NCBI GenBank assembly: GCA_002011125.2
Contig: MTMF02000009.1
Location: 396,006 to 460,005 of the forward strand
Source: Candidatus Hydrothermarchaeum profundi
Lineage (GTDB): Archaea > Hydrothermarchaeota > Hydrothermarchaeia > Hydrothermarchaeales > Hydrothermarchaeaceae
DNA length: 64,000 nt
Direction: 5' to 3'
In this document: positions 29,041-38,451 of the stretch, piece after piece
How positions within the stretch are numbered: position 1 is the first letter of the stretch
Layout: each line of letters starts with the position of its first letter
Notes under the pieces: generated by a model
Database searches by the model: none
What the model was told of the DNA's origin: nothing
Seen by the model: the letters and a program-made list of their open reading frames with translations, nothing else
Made by a program: the position numbers and the translations under genes

Positions 29041-30540
29041 TTAGGTTTTTATAGATTCCTGAATTTTATCTAAAACCATATCCGGCTTCTTGTAATAATC
29101 CTGAATCCATTTAGTGACTTCTTCCTGTTTTGTTATTCCTTTCCTCATTAGAAACTCAAGTATTATTTGCCTCTTCTGCATTTCTACGTTAACCTCATCT
29201 AACGATATCCCTGCTCTTTTAGCGATTTCCTGCATTAATCTACTGGGAGTACCTGTAGACTTTATTTTGTCTAACCTTGGATCGTACTCATAAATTCGGT
29301 TAAGCAATACTTTATCGCCCTCGGTTCCTGCAACTTCAGCTATTTCAGTTATCCTTCTCTTTATTTTACCCATAGCAACTATCCTATTTTGCATAATGAT
29401 AAGGTCCAAAGCAGGTATCATTATTAGAGGTACACTCATAGGCGGGTTTAATAATCTAGTGATGGTTTCGTTTGCCGTATTAGCATGACATGTGCCCATA
29501 TTACCATCATGCCCTGTATTCATAGCAACGAATAGCGTTGAAGCCTCTTCACCTCTTATCTCACCAAGTATTATTCTATCTGGACGCATTCTCAGAGTAT
29601 TTATAAGAAGCTGGTTAAAAGTTAGCCCACCCTTACCCTCAATATTTGGCGGTTTTGTTTCTAGTCTTATAAGATGTTTTAGCGGGAGCTGAAGTTCAGC
29701 TGTATCCTCAATTGTTATAACTCTATCATTTTTTGGAATAAAAGAACCAAGACAATTCAACGTCGTAGTTTTCCCAGAGCCTGTTCCACCAGATATTAAA
29801 ATATTAGAGGGTTTTACTCTTAAACCTTCTACTGCGATCCATAGAAAAGCACCCACTTCAGGCGTAAGAGTTCCAAAATTTAAAATATCTATAATGCTCA
29901 GAGCCTCTGCTCTAAATTTCCTTATTGTTATCGTAGAACCATCCAAAGAAGCCGGTCTTAAAGTAGCATTTACCCTATCGCCATTGGGTAGTCTGGCATC
30001 TAGTAGGGGATTGGCTGCATCTATCTTTCTTCCAGTGAACCTAGCGATTTTTTCAATTATTCTCTGAATGCTTTCATCATTTGTGAAAATGACGTTAGTA
30101 GGTATTGTACCGTATTTCCTATGCGCAACATAAACTGGAGCGTTTACACCTATAACCATTACTTCTTCCAAGTTATCATCTTGTAATAAAGGATCAATCG
30201 CACCATATCCTACCATGTTGTCAAGTACTATCGCCTTCATAGCCATTAGCTTTTCATTATCCGGGATCTCAAAATTTTCCATCTTTTTTAATCCGTCTTT
30301 TATGGCCTCAAGTTCCCCAAGCATTATTTTTAAAACATCCTCCTCTAATGCTTTCTTCTTTAAAGCGATATCAGTTACCGTTTCAACGTTTACGGTTACC
30401 TCTTTTATTGCCCGATCTTCTACGTCCTTCAAAAATTTTTTTTCAGCTAAAGTAAGGCGAGGAAGTTTGAGATGATAAGTAATATCATCCTCCTCTTCGA
30501 TAATCTCATAATTAGGCCCTGAGTCTAAAATTCGCATCAC
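29041..30540 (-). CDS. Type II/IV secretion-pilus ATPase (CpaF/TadA/FlaI family)
   Basis: DARLPNGDRVNA, TIRKF, GGTGSGKTT, IEDTAEL, LRMRPDRIILGEIRG, MNTGHDG. Confidence 0.93.
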   Translation of the reverse strand: MMRILDSGPNYEIIEEEDDITYHLKLPRLTLAEKKFLKDVEDRAIKEVTVNVETVTDIALKKKALEEDVLKIMLGELEAIKDGLKKMENFEIPDNEKLMAMKAIVLDNMVGYGAIDPLLQDDNLEEVMVIGVNAPVYVAHRKYGTIPTNVIFTNDESIQRIIEKIARFTGRKIDAANPLLDARLPNGDRVNATLRPASLDGSTITIRKFRAEALSIIDILNFGTLTPEVGAFLWIAVEGLRVKPSNILISGGTGSGKTTTLNCLGSFIPKNDRVITIEDTAELQLPLKHLIRLETKPPNIEGKGGLTFNQLLINTLRMRPDRIILGEIRGEEASTLFVAMNTGHDGNMGTCHANTANETITRLLNPPMSVPLIMIPALDLIIMQNRIVAMGKIKRRITEIAEVAGTEGDKVLLNRIYEYDPRLDKIKSTGTPSRLMQEIAKRAGISLDEVNVEMQKRQIILEFLMRKGITKQEEVTKWIQDYYKKPDMVLDKIQESIKT

Positions 30541-30618
30541 ATTATCTTTATAGTGTTCATACTAAAAATTTTTCCGCTATAGATAAACTTAATAAATGGG
30601 CTTGGCTTACATATCAAT

Positions 30619-30948
30619 ATGGAAAGACAGCGAAGACTTCCGGCTGTAGAAAGAAAAATATCAGATTTATCTCCAGAGGACTACCGTGTAAAAATTCTAG
30701 GAACCATTGTGGATAGGAATGAAGTTGATAATTCTGTAATGATAGACGACGGAACTGGAAGACTTGTCGCCTATTTTGCTAATGAAGAAGGTTTTTTAAA
30801 AGCGGAGGAAGGTAAAATAGTTAGATTAATAGGTAGAATAAGAAAAGAAGATAATTATGAAATGGACGTTGAGATAATTCAAAATATGGAGAAGTTAGAT
30901 ATAGGGTTATACGACCAGTTAAAGTATATAGAAGAAAAGTTGAGGTGA
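30619..30948 (+). CDS. Replication protein A small subunit (RPA14/Rpa3-like OB fold)
   Basis: RRLPAVERKISDL..RV...G, IDDGTG, VRLIGR; resembles Thermococcales RPA14. Confidence 0.8.
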   Translation: MERQRRLPAVERKISDLSPEDYRVKILGTIVDRNEVDNSVMIDDGTGRLVAYFANEEGFLKAEEGKIVRLIGRIRKEDNYEMDVEIIQNMEKLDIGLYDQLKYIEEKLR

Positions 30949-30952
30949 TTAA

Positions 30953-31693
30953 ATGTTTAAAGCGCGCTTGGCTGACCCTAAAATATTGAAATACTCTATT
31001 GATGCAGTCTCCAATATGATAGATGAGGCAGGAGTGAGTGTTACAAAGGATGGACTCCGGCTTAAAGCAATGGATCCTGCTCATGTGGCATTAGTGGATC
31101 TTGAGCTTAAGAAAGAAGCTTTTGACGAATTCGAAGTAGAAGAGCCCCTTGTATTGGGTATTGACTTAGAAAGATTAAACACTATACTCAAGAGGGCTGG
31201 TACTGATCAAATACTCATACAGCTTGATAGTGAAAATAATGTCCTTAAAATAAGATTTAAAAATTCATCAACAAGGACTTTTGACTTACCACTCATTGAA
31301 GTTTCTGAAGAGGAGCTTAAAGTACCAAATCTGGATTTTCCAAGCCAAATAGAAATTCCACCAAAAATACTTAGCGAGAGCATAAAAGACGCAGAGATAG
31401 TAAGTGACCATGTAACCCTGATGGTTGATGAAGAAAACTTATTCATCTCAGCAAAGGGCGATTTAGGCAATGTTGAAGTTAAGGTCCCGAAAGATGAAGC
31501 AAAGTCCTTTGAGGTCTCCAAAAGTTGCCGTAGTATGTTCTCATTGGAATATTTAAAGGACATGATCAAAGCTAGTGATATAGCTGACTCGGTTAAAATA
31601 TATTTAGGGGACAATATTCCTGTGAGGATGGACTTTACAACAGAAAATGCTAGGCTAAGCTTTCTTTTAGCTCCCAGAATCGAAAGCGAATAA
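30953..31693 (+). CDS. pcn: DNA polymerase sliding clamp PCNA
   Basis: AMDPAHVALVDL, FSLEYL, LSFLLAPRIE. Confidence 0.97.
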   Translation: MFKARLADPKILKYSIDAVSNMIDEAGVSVTKDGLRLKAMDPAHVALVDLELKKEAFDEFEVEEPLVLGIDLERLNTILKRAGTDQILIQLDSENNVLKIRFKNSSTRTFDLPLIEVSEEELKVPNLDFPSQIEIPPKILSESIKDAEIVSDHVTLMVDEENLFISAKGDLGNVEVKVPKDEAKSFEVSKSCRSMFSLEYLKDMIKASDIADSVKIYLGDNIPVRMDFTTENARLSFLLAPRIESE

Positions 31694-31749
31694 TTTTTCC
31701 TACGGACTTGGATAAAATTAAATACATTTTATTTTAAATAGTCTGTATA

Positions 31750-33333
31750 ATGGGTATATTAGTTGATCCCTTAGCACCTGAAGCAAAGGAGCTGGTTAAG
31801 AAATCTGAAGCTATTATAGACCTTCCAGAAGAAGTATTTATATTGGCTGAAAAGAAAATCCGGTGGAAAAAAACCACTAAGAGGCCTCCGAGGGATTTAA
31901 TAGAATTAGAACCAGAGAAAGATGTTTTATCATATTATATTCTTTTTTTGATAGCTGGAATCAATTATAGTCCATATTCTAATGAAGTAAAACTTGTTAA
32001 AGAGGTAGTATACCAGATTACGAAGGCAAGATTAATAGAGCTCGCCAAGCAGGGAGATGAAAAACTAATAACGCAACTCAAAAAGAGATTTGAAATTATA
32101 AGAGGAGAAGTTACAAGAGATTTTCTGAAGCTTGACAACACACTGATAGAAAAGAAAGAAATCTACGCTTTCTATAAAAATAAGATTGAAGGCCCATTGG
32201 ATAATAAAAGAGTAAAAAAATATGGTGTACCGTGGAGAACTCTTCTACCATTACTAAAGAATAAGGAAATTAAACTTTCAGACTGGTACATAAAAAATAG
32301 TAACGCCATCTTAAGTCTTTTAGATATGATCGAGATTTATTCTAGATTAGTAGCACTTGAAGCTTTAGAAGAAATATCAAAAATTAGAAAACCGGGGAGA
32401 AAAATAGAGATAGATAAATTAGAAAGGTTATCAAATCTTCTTTCTAGTATATCAAAGACTTCCTATAAGGTTCCCTTATCTATAGCTAAACCAGGAAAAT
32501 TTGTACCAGAGAATTTTCCTCCATGTATTAAAAGTGTTTTAAACGGTGTTTCTACCGGATCTAGGAATTATGCTATAAGTGTTCTCCTCACTTCATTCTT
32601 ATCTTATGCGAGAGCGGCTCCTAGTAATGTTCAAAATCCTAAAATTTCAGACTTTATAAAAGACCCCGCTATTCTTACAGAAGAAATAATGCCGCTGATA
32701 TATGAGGCAGCTGAGAGATGTGAACCCCCCCTATTCGAGGACCAGCCTATAGAGAAACTGAACATTGCATACCACTTAGGTTTAGGTCTGACGGAAGAGG
32801 TTAAATTGGAAAATGCTGGCGCATCTAAGTGGTACTTTCCACCAAACTGTGAGAAGATACAAAGGGATGCACCAGCACTATGTATGCCAGATGAGTTTTG
32901 CGGGAAGATAAAGAATCCCTTGAATTATTATTTTTTGAAGAATAAAATATCAACCCAAAAAGAAGAAGGTGCACGCAGAGAAGTGATAGTGGGCAAGATA
33001 ATTAAAATTCATCCTATGAGTGGCCTAATAGAGCGCTGTCCTCAGTGCAGACAGCGAGTAATTAACAATAGATGTATCATTCATGGGAATATCCATGGTC
33101 AACCAGACCTAAGAATAAAGGCAACCCTTGTACAAGATAATACTCTTTTTACTCTTATATTCAATAAAGAAGTTACTGAAAATATTCTTGGTATTGATCT
33201 CGAAAAAGCTATTAAAATAGGGAGAAAAACTCTGCTAAATATCATTAAAGAGAGATTATTAGAAAATAACTTTGAGGTTAGTGGGAGGAAAGTAGGTAAA
33301 AACTTCTTGGTCCAAAGCATTAATAGCAAATAA
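31750..33333 (+). CDS. priL: DNA primase large subunit with extra C-terminal RPA-like Zn-finger OB domain
   Basis: FPPCI..GSRNYAI.VLLTSFLSYAR, FPPNC, LC...C..IKNPL (Fe-S domain); C-terminal SGLIERCPQC..CIIHG..DLRIKATL. Confidence 0.87.
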   Translation: MGILVDPLAPEAKELVKKSEAIIDLPEEVFILAEKKIRWKKTTKRPPRDLIELEPEKDVLSYYILFLIAGINYSPYSNEVKLVKEVVYQITKARLIELAKQGDEKLITQLKKRFEIIRGEVTRDFLKLDNTLIEKKEIYAFYKNKIEGPLDNKRVKKYGVPWRTLLPLLKNKEIKLSDWYIKNSNAILSLLDMIEIYSRLVALEALEEISKIRKPGRKIEIDKLERLSNLLSSISKTSYKVPLSIAKPGKFVPENFPPCIKSVLNGVSTGSRNYAISVLLTSFLSYARAAPSNVQNPKISDFIKDPAILTEEIMPLIYEAAERCEPPLFEDQPIEKLNIAYHLGLGLTEEVKLENAGASKWYFPPNCEKIQRDAPALCMPDEFCGKIKNPLNYYFLKNKISTQKEEGARREVIVGKIIKIHPMSGLIERCPQCRQRVINNRCIIHGNIHGQPDLRIKATLVQDNTLFTLIFNKEVTENILGIDLEKAIKIGRKTLLNIIKERLLENNFEVSGRKVGKNFLVQSINSK

Positions 33334-33446
33334 GATTAAGCCATATCGAACTACAGAAAATAGTACATCAAGTAATCTTAGGCCCGCTTAATAATTAGTT
33401 GCGTTTTAGCAAAATGGAACACAAGGAATAATTGGAGGTATAGAAA

Positions 33447-33941
33447 ACGGAAATTAAGAAAGACATAAGAATAGTCAAAAGTGCTAAAATATTCAGAAAC
33501 TGCACAGTTATTTATTTGCCGGAGGGACTAAGTGGGAGTAAAGAGAAAAAATGGATCTCGAAAATAATTGAACGGTTTGAGAAGCATCAGAGAAAGCTTA
33601 AGTTGAACGACAAATATTTAGAGAAAAGAGCTAAGGAGATTAATAAAAAGTATTTCGGAGGGAAACTGAAGATCAAATCCGTAACTTTTTCTATGAATCA
33701 AAACACGATATTTGGTAGTTGTACCCCAGATAAAGGCACGATACGTCTATCACATAAAGCTCGGAATATGCCTAAATGGGTTCTTGACTATCTTATTATA
33801 CATGAACTTGCTCATCTTATATACCATAATCACTCAAAAGCTTTCTGGAAACTTGTGAATAAATACCCCTACGCTGAGAGAGCAAAAGGATTTCTGATAG
33901 CTAAGGGAATGGAAGAGGATGCTAAGAAGAGCAACGCCTGA
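33447..33941 (+). CDS. M48/YgjP (DUF45)-like metal-dependent hydrolase, 5' end atypical
   Basis: FGSCT, IRLS, P.WVLDYLIIHELAHL..NHSKAFW; frame open from ACG at 33447 after GGAGGT; ORF-track start is TTG 33516. Confidence 0.8.
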   Translation, partial: TEIKKDIRIVKSAKIFRNCTVIYLPEGLSGSKEKKWISKIIERFEKHQRKLKLNDKYLEKRAKEINKKYFGGKLKIKSVTFSMNQNTIFGSCTPDKGTIRLSHKARNMPKWVLDYLIIHELAHLIYHNHSKAFWKLVNKYPYAERAKGFLIAKGMEEDAKKSNA

Positions 33942-34869
33942 AGAAAGAAAAATATATTACTTGGAGGAATGGAAGCCAGAAGACCTACCTACTTTTATAA
34001 CCGATTCACTAGAAATGAGGGAATTTGGCTTTGACTATGATGGCTCTGGTCCTAGAGATAGATACAATCGTTTTACTTCGGTGGCAGATTTAGAAGTTTT
34101 TTTACGAGAAAGGGCTCCATTTTCAGTTTACAACAGCATTTCCTACTATAATGAGCCAGAAAAAAGGAAAGGGTGGATAAAAGCTGAACTTGTCTTTGAT
34201 ATAGACGCTAAGGAAATGGCAATAAAAACTTGTTGTCTAGAAGGCCAGGTTTGTGAAGAGTGTTTAGAAAACGCAAAAAAGATTTCTATGGAAATTACCG
34301 GAATATTGAGAAAAAATTTAGGGCTAAAGAATATTTTCCATGTTTATTCTGGGCGTGGATATCATATCAGGGTATTTGACGATGACCTTATGGAGCAAGG
34401 GTCTGAGGTTCGTGCAGAGATTTTTGAATACGTCAGAGATAGGGTTTATACTCCTCCTGAGCTAATAATTAACCCTCCATCTATTATTTCCAACATGATG
34501 AGAGAAACTATAGAAAAACTAATTTCAAGCGGAACCAGAAATCTTGAAAATATCCCTGGTATTGGTTTTAAAAAAAGTAGAGAATTGTATGAGAGAAAGG
34601 ATGAAATTTTAGATGACTTGGATAGCAATAAAATAACTATTTTAAAAGAGGTTCTTGGAGAAAAATTAACTGAGAGTTTTTTGAACTATTTGTATAAGGC
34701 TCAAATAGCTATATTAGACGCTAAAGTAACAGTGGACATAAAAAGAATATTACGCCTTCCTAGCTCCCTTCATTCTACCGTTAGCATGAAGTGCATGCTG
34801 ATTAAGGACTTGAAAAGCTTTTCACCTTTCAGAGATGCCGTTCCTAGGTTTATGAAGGAGAAATCATGA
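33919..34869 (+). CDS. priS: DNA primase small (catalytic) subunit
   Basis: REFGFD, ELVFDIDAK, YSGRGYHI, D.KVTVDIKRILRLPSSLH. Confidence 0.95.
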   Translation: MLRRATPEERKIYYLEEWKPEDLPTFITDSLEMREFGFDYDGSGPRDRYNRFTSVADLEVFLRERAPFSVYNSISYYNEPEKRKGWIKAELVFDIDAKEMAIKTCCLEGQVCEECLENAKKISMEITGILRKNLGLKNIFHVYSGRGYHIRVFDDDLMEQGSEVRAEIFEYVRDRVYTPPELIINPPSIISNMMRETIEKLISSGTRNLENIPGIGFKKSRELYERKDEILDDLDSNKITILKEVLGEKLTESFLNYLYKAQIAILDAKVTVDIKRILRLPSSLHSTVSMKCMLIKDLKSFSPFRDAVPRFMKEKS

Positions 34870-35807
34870 ACGAAAAAATATTTAAGAGAGATAGCAAAAC
34901 CATCTTATCATTTCTTTTTGCCTTCGCCATCCTTTATCTCCTTATTACTAGAGCAAACTTGAGAGAAACCGTTAGAATAATCTCTAACGCTGACTTAATA
35001 CTTTATCTACTAGCGATCCTATATTTATTTCCCTCTTTTTTAATTCGTAGTTACCGCTGGAAAATCCTATTAGAGAATGTTAGATATACCGGAAAATTAA
35101 GGGACCTGAATGAAGTAGTTGTACTTTCATTTTTCGTTAACTGCATAGTACCCGCCAAAGTAGGGGATATCTACCGTTGCTATTTAATGAAGAAAAACTT
35201 TCAACAATCTATCTCAAAGGTTCTTGGTACTGTATTCGTTGAACGAAGTCTTGACACCATCGGAATAAGTGTTATCTTTCTGTTATCTGCCTTTATGAGC
35301 TTTAGAGTAATACCGGGCAATGTATTGAGGTTAATGGAATTTGGAGTAATTATAACAGTACTATTTATATTGCTGCTTATCTTGCTGAAATACCAAAACA
35401 CCAAAATTGCAAAGTTTATGCCTGGCAAGTCTAGCGAACTTATGCTTAGGTTTGGAGAAGGTGCTTCTGGATCCTTAAAAAGCTCTTCTCTGCCTATGAT
35501 ATCTATAACAACTATCTTCCTCTGGTTACTAGAAGGAGGCAGGTTATTTCTAGTTATGAAATCAATAGGTCTAATTTTACCTTTCGCTATGATACTATTT
35601 GTAGCATTGGCCTCCGCACTAGCTACGGCCTTCCCTCTCACACCTGCCGGACTCGGAGCTGTAGAGCTAGTAATGGCCGGTTTACTTATATTAGTCGGGA
35701 TTAACAAAGATATGGCTGTTTCTGTTGCAATTATGGACCGATTTATAAGCTATTGGTGTATCCTTATTTTAGGAGGGATTATCTATGCCCTCAGTTCTAA
35801 GACATGA
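34866..35807 (+). CDS. UPF0104/LPG-synthase TM (flippase-like, AglD2-like) protein
   Basis: RSYRWKILL, PAKVGD, VFVERSLD, PLTPAGLGAVE, DRFISYW. Confidence 0.88.
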   Translation: MNEKIFKRDSKTILSFLFAFAILYLLITRANLRETVRIISNADLILYLLAILYLFPSFLIRSYRWKILLENVRYTGKLRDLNEVVVLSFFVNCIVPAKVGDIYRCYLMKKNFQQSISKVLGTVFVERSLDTIGISVIFLLSAFMSFRVIPGNVLRLMEFGVIITVLFILLLILLKYQNTKIAKFMPGKSSELMLRFGEGASGSLKSSSLPMISITTIFLWLLEGGRLFLVMKSIGLILPFAMILFVALASALATAFPLTPAGLGAVELVMAGLLILVGINKDMAVSVAIMDRFISYWCILILGGIIYALSSKT

Positions 35808-37392
35808 TATAGCTATTATATCTGCTTTATCCATTATCGGAATAACGCCGCTATTAAAACCTGGATTTTTCGCCTCACATGATATGGCCGCTCCATTATA
35901 TCGCTTATTGGAACTGGATATTTGCCTTAAGTCAGGTGATATCTTTCCTAGGTGGTTTCCAGACCTCTATGGAGGACGAGGAGGTATGTTCTTTAATTTT
36001 TATGCACCTTTATCATATTACGTTGCAGAACTCTTTCATATACTTGGTATAGGCTATATTAACTCGATAAAAGCGGTATATCTTCTTTCTTTCGTTTTCT
36101 CTGGAGTTTTTATGTATCTCTTCGCCCTGGAAAAGACTTCTAGACACGGCGCATTGATTGCGGCAACATTATACATGTATGCTCCATATAGATTTACAGA
36201 TGTTTTTATTAGAGGGGACCTAGCCGAAGCATTTTCTTTTGTTTTCCTACCAATGATTTTGCTATCTATCGAGAGGCTCTCAAAAAATAGCAAAATAGAG
36301 AATATACTTCTATTCGGGTTTTCATATGCAGGATTAATATTAACCCACAATATCACTGCACTTATATTTTCATATTTTATGGTGCCGTATATTATATACG
36401 TCGCTTATAGGAATGTCTTGCTTTATAGAGACATTTTCATTTCTATTATCCTTGCGTTTTCACTTTCAGCCTTTTTTTGGCTCCCTGCAATTGTAGAGAA
36501 AAAGTATGTGAATATCGAAAATGCTATTTTCACTTTTAGTTTTATAGAGTTAAAGAAACTCCTTCCAACGCTCACAAGTTATACCAGTAATCAAGGAGAG
36601 ATGGCTTTTCAGCTGGGCGTATTCCATCTTGCATTTATTTTGATTGCTTTAACCTATTTAAATGAGAAATACGTGAAGTTTATTTTTGCTAATTTAATAG
36701 CTGCTATTTTTATGCTTACCCCTTATTCAACGCCACTTTGGAAAGTCTTACCTCTCACTCAGTATACTCAATTCTCTTGGAGGCTCTTAACTATTACAAC
36801 TCTGCTTGTATCACTCTTAGGAGGGTTATCTACTAAGAGATTTAATCTTTCAGATGCTAGGGTAGCAATTTTATGCCTCGCTATAACGCTTTCATCAATA
36901 AATTTCATCGGGTATTCTGAAAGTCTATCCTTATCAGACGAAGAAATTAATAGGGTAGAGCTACGGAATTTAAACACGGGCTTAACTTATGGGCACGAGT
37001 ATCTTCCTCTAGATGCGGAAATAATCGAGAAACCTATGAGCGAAAAAATTGCACTGCTTGAAGGAAATATCTCGATAAAGGAACTCAAAGAGGATTGTGA
37101 AAAAATATCTTTTAATACGATAGCAAAAGAAGACTCCTTATTACTCATAAACACTTATTGGTTCCCTGGTTGGAGCGTTAAACTTAATGGAGAAAAAATT
37201 AATATTCAAAGCAAAGATGGCTTAATGTTAATCAGAATACCAAAAGGGGAATCCGACGTACTTGTAAAATTTGAGGAAACACGAGTTAGAAAAGTATCTA
37301 ACATAATTTCTATTCTATCTTTTATGACTGCAATAGTGGTTATCTTACGAAAGGGGATAAAGAGTCTAAAGGCATCCAGACTTCCCCATTAA
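35785..37392 (+). CDS. PTPS-related/YfhO-like GT-C membrane protein
   Basis: HD, PRWFPDL..G.G..FNFYAPL, YAPY...D...RGDLAE, THN, AFFWLP, QFSWR, WFPGW. Confidence 0.82.
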   Translation: MPSVLRHDIAIISALSIIGITPLLKPGFFASHDMAAPLYRLLELDICLKSGDIFPRWFPDLYGGRGGMFFNFYAPLSYYVAELFHILGIGYINSIKAVYLLSFVFSGVFMYLFALEKTSRHGALIAATLYMYAPYRFTDVFIRGDLAEAFSFVFLPMILLSIERLSKNSKIENILLFGFSYAGLILTHNITALIFSYFMVPYIIYVAYRNVLLYRDIFISIILAFSLSAFFWLPAIVEKKYVNIENAIFTFSFIELKKLLPTLTSYTSNQGEMAFQLGVFHLAFILIALTYLNEKYVKFIFANLIAAIFMLTPYSTPLWKVLPLTQYTQFSWRLLTITTLLVSLLGGLSTKRFNLSDARVAILCLAITLSSINFIGYSESLSLSDEEINRVELRNLNTGLTYGHEYLPLDAEIIEKPMSEKIALLEGNISIKELKEDCEKISFNTIAKEDSLLLINTYWFPGWSVKLNGEKINIQSKDGLMLIRIPKGESDVLVKFEETRVRKVSNIISILSFMTAIVVILRKGIKSLKASRLPH

Positions 37393-38443
37393 TAATGAGA
37401 GCTTGATAGAAGTAATATTGAGACAAAACCGCATATAAGAAGACGCATACCAAAATTAAGCCTTTCCCACGATATCCGAATAAATCCGAAATCATTAACC
37501 CGCTCAAAATAGCGAGAGGTTGAGCTACATATTCAATAAACCTATCAGGAAAGAAAATCAACATAGGAATCAATCCTATCCCCCAGAAAACGGTGAGTTT
37601 ACCTAATCTATCAGGCTTCTTAAATCCCATATGAATAATCAAGATTATTGTAAGAATGAAAAGAGGATATCCTAGATATTTTATCGCAAAGAGAGGTTCT
37701 GTGATAACTCCTAACTCCTGGGGTTCATTAATCCCGCCAGTCTCCGGTATGAAGACTTCAGCTTTTATCAATGCTGGAGTATAGTATAACATGAGAAGTA
37801 TTAGGGGCAAACATGCTAATAAAATTGAGTAAAAGATCTTTAGGCGTTCTTTCTCGTAGAGATAGGTATAGGCTAATAAGGATATCACGAACAATCCCGA
37901 ATACAACCAATGAGAATATAAGAGATAGGAACTAATAGCAATAAAAATAGAGTTCTTTTTTTCTGTATAAAATAAAATCGCCATCGGAAACAGCAAAAGA
38001 TCAACTGCTTGAGGAATAACTTGGGCTCCTCTATCCCAGAAAGCAGGACTCGTAGCTAAGATTAGTACGCTTATAACAGCCGTAAGAGTGTCTTTTTTTT
38101 TATAAACTAGATAAAATGTGGTTAATAAAATCGATGGAAACAAAATTACTTGAAGTATATTTGCTACATCAATTAAGCCTACTAGAGGGGCTAAGGATAA
38201 GGCTGCTAATGTAAGATGGAAGGCTGGTGGATAAGGGAATAACCCTTTACTAAAATATCGGTCATCAAAAAGAGGTACATCTAAATTTAACCAGCCTTGT
38301 GAAAGCCGTAAGTGAAGCGATATATCACTCCCGCTAGGATATTTATATTTTACAACATATGCAACCCCTCCTGCTAATATTAGGCTAATTGTTAATATAA
38401 AAAATACGAGAGCAATTTTATCCAAATCCCTATTTATTTTCAT
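37340..38443 (-). CDS. Multi-TM membrane protein, GT-C-like
   Basis: GSDISLH first loop, YPPAFH, PQA, DRFIEY; convergent 53-bp overlap with the previous gene. Confidence 0.65.
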   Translation of the reverse strand: MKINRDLDKIALVFFILTISLILAGGVAYVVKYKYPSGSDISLHLRLSQGWLNLDVPLFDDRYFSKGLFPYPPAFHLTLAALSLAPLVGLIDVANILQVILFPSILLTTFYLVYKKKDTLTAVISVLILATSPAFWDRGAQVIPQAVDLLLFPMAILFYTEKKNSIFIAISSYLLYSHWLYSGLFVISLLAYTYLYEKERLKIFYSILLACLPLILLMLYYTPALIKAEVFIPETGGINEPQELGVITEPLFAIKYLGYPLFILTIILIIHMGFKKPDRLGKLTVFWGIGLIPMLIFFPDRFIEYVAQPLAILSGLMISDLFGYRGKGLILVCVFLYAVLSQYYFYQALIINGEVWMPLDSLSPFVR

Positions 38444-38451
38444 TTATGTCC

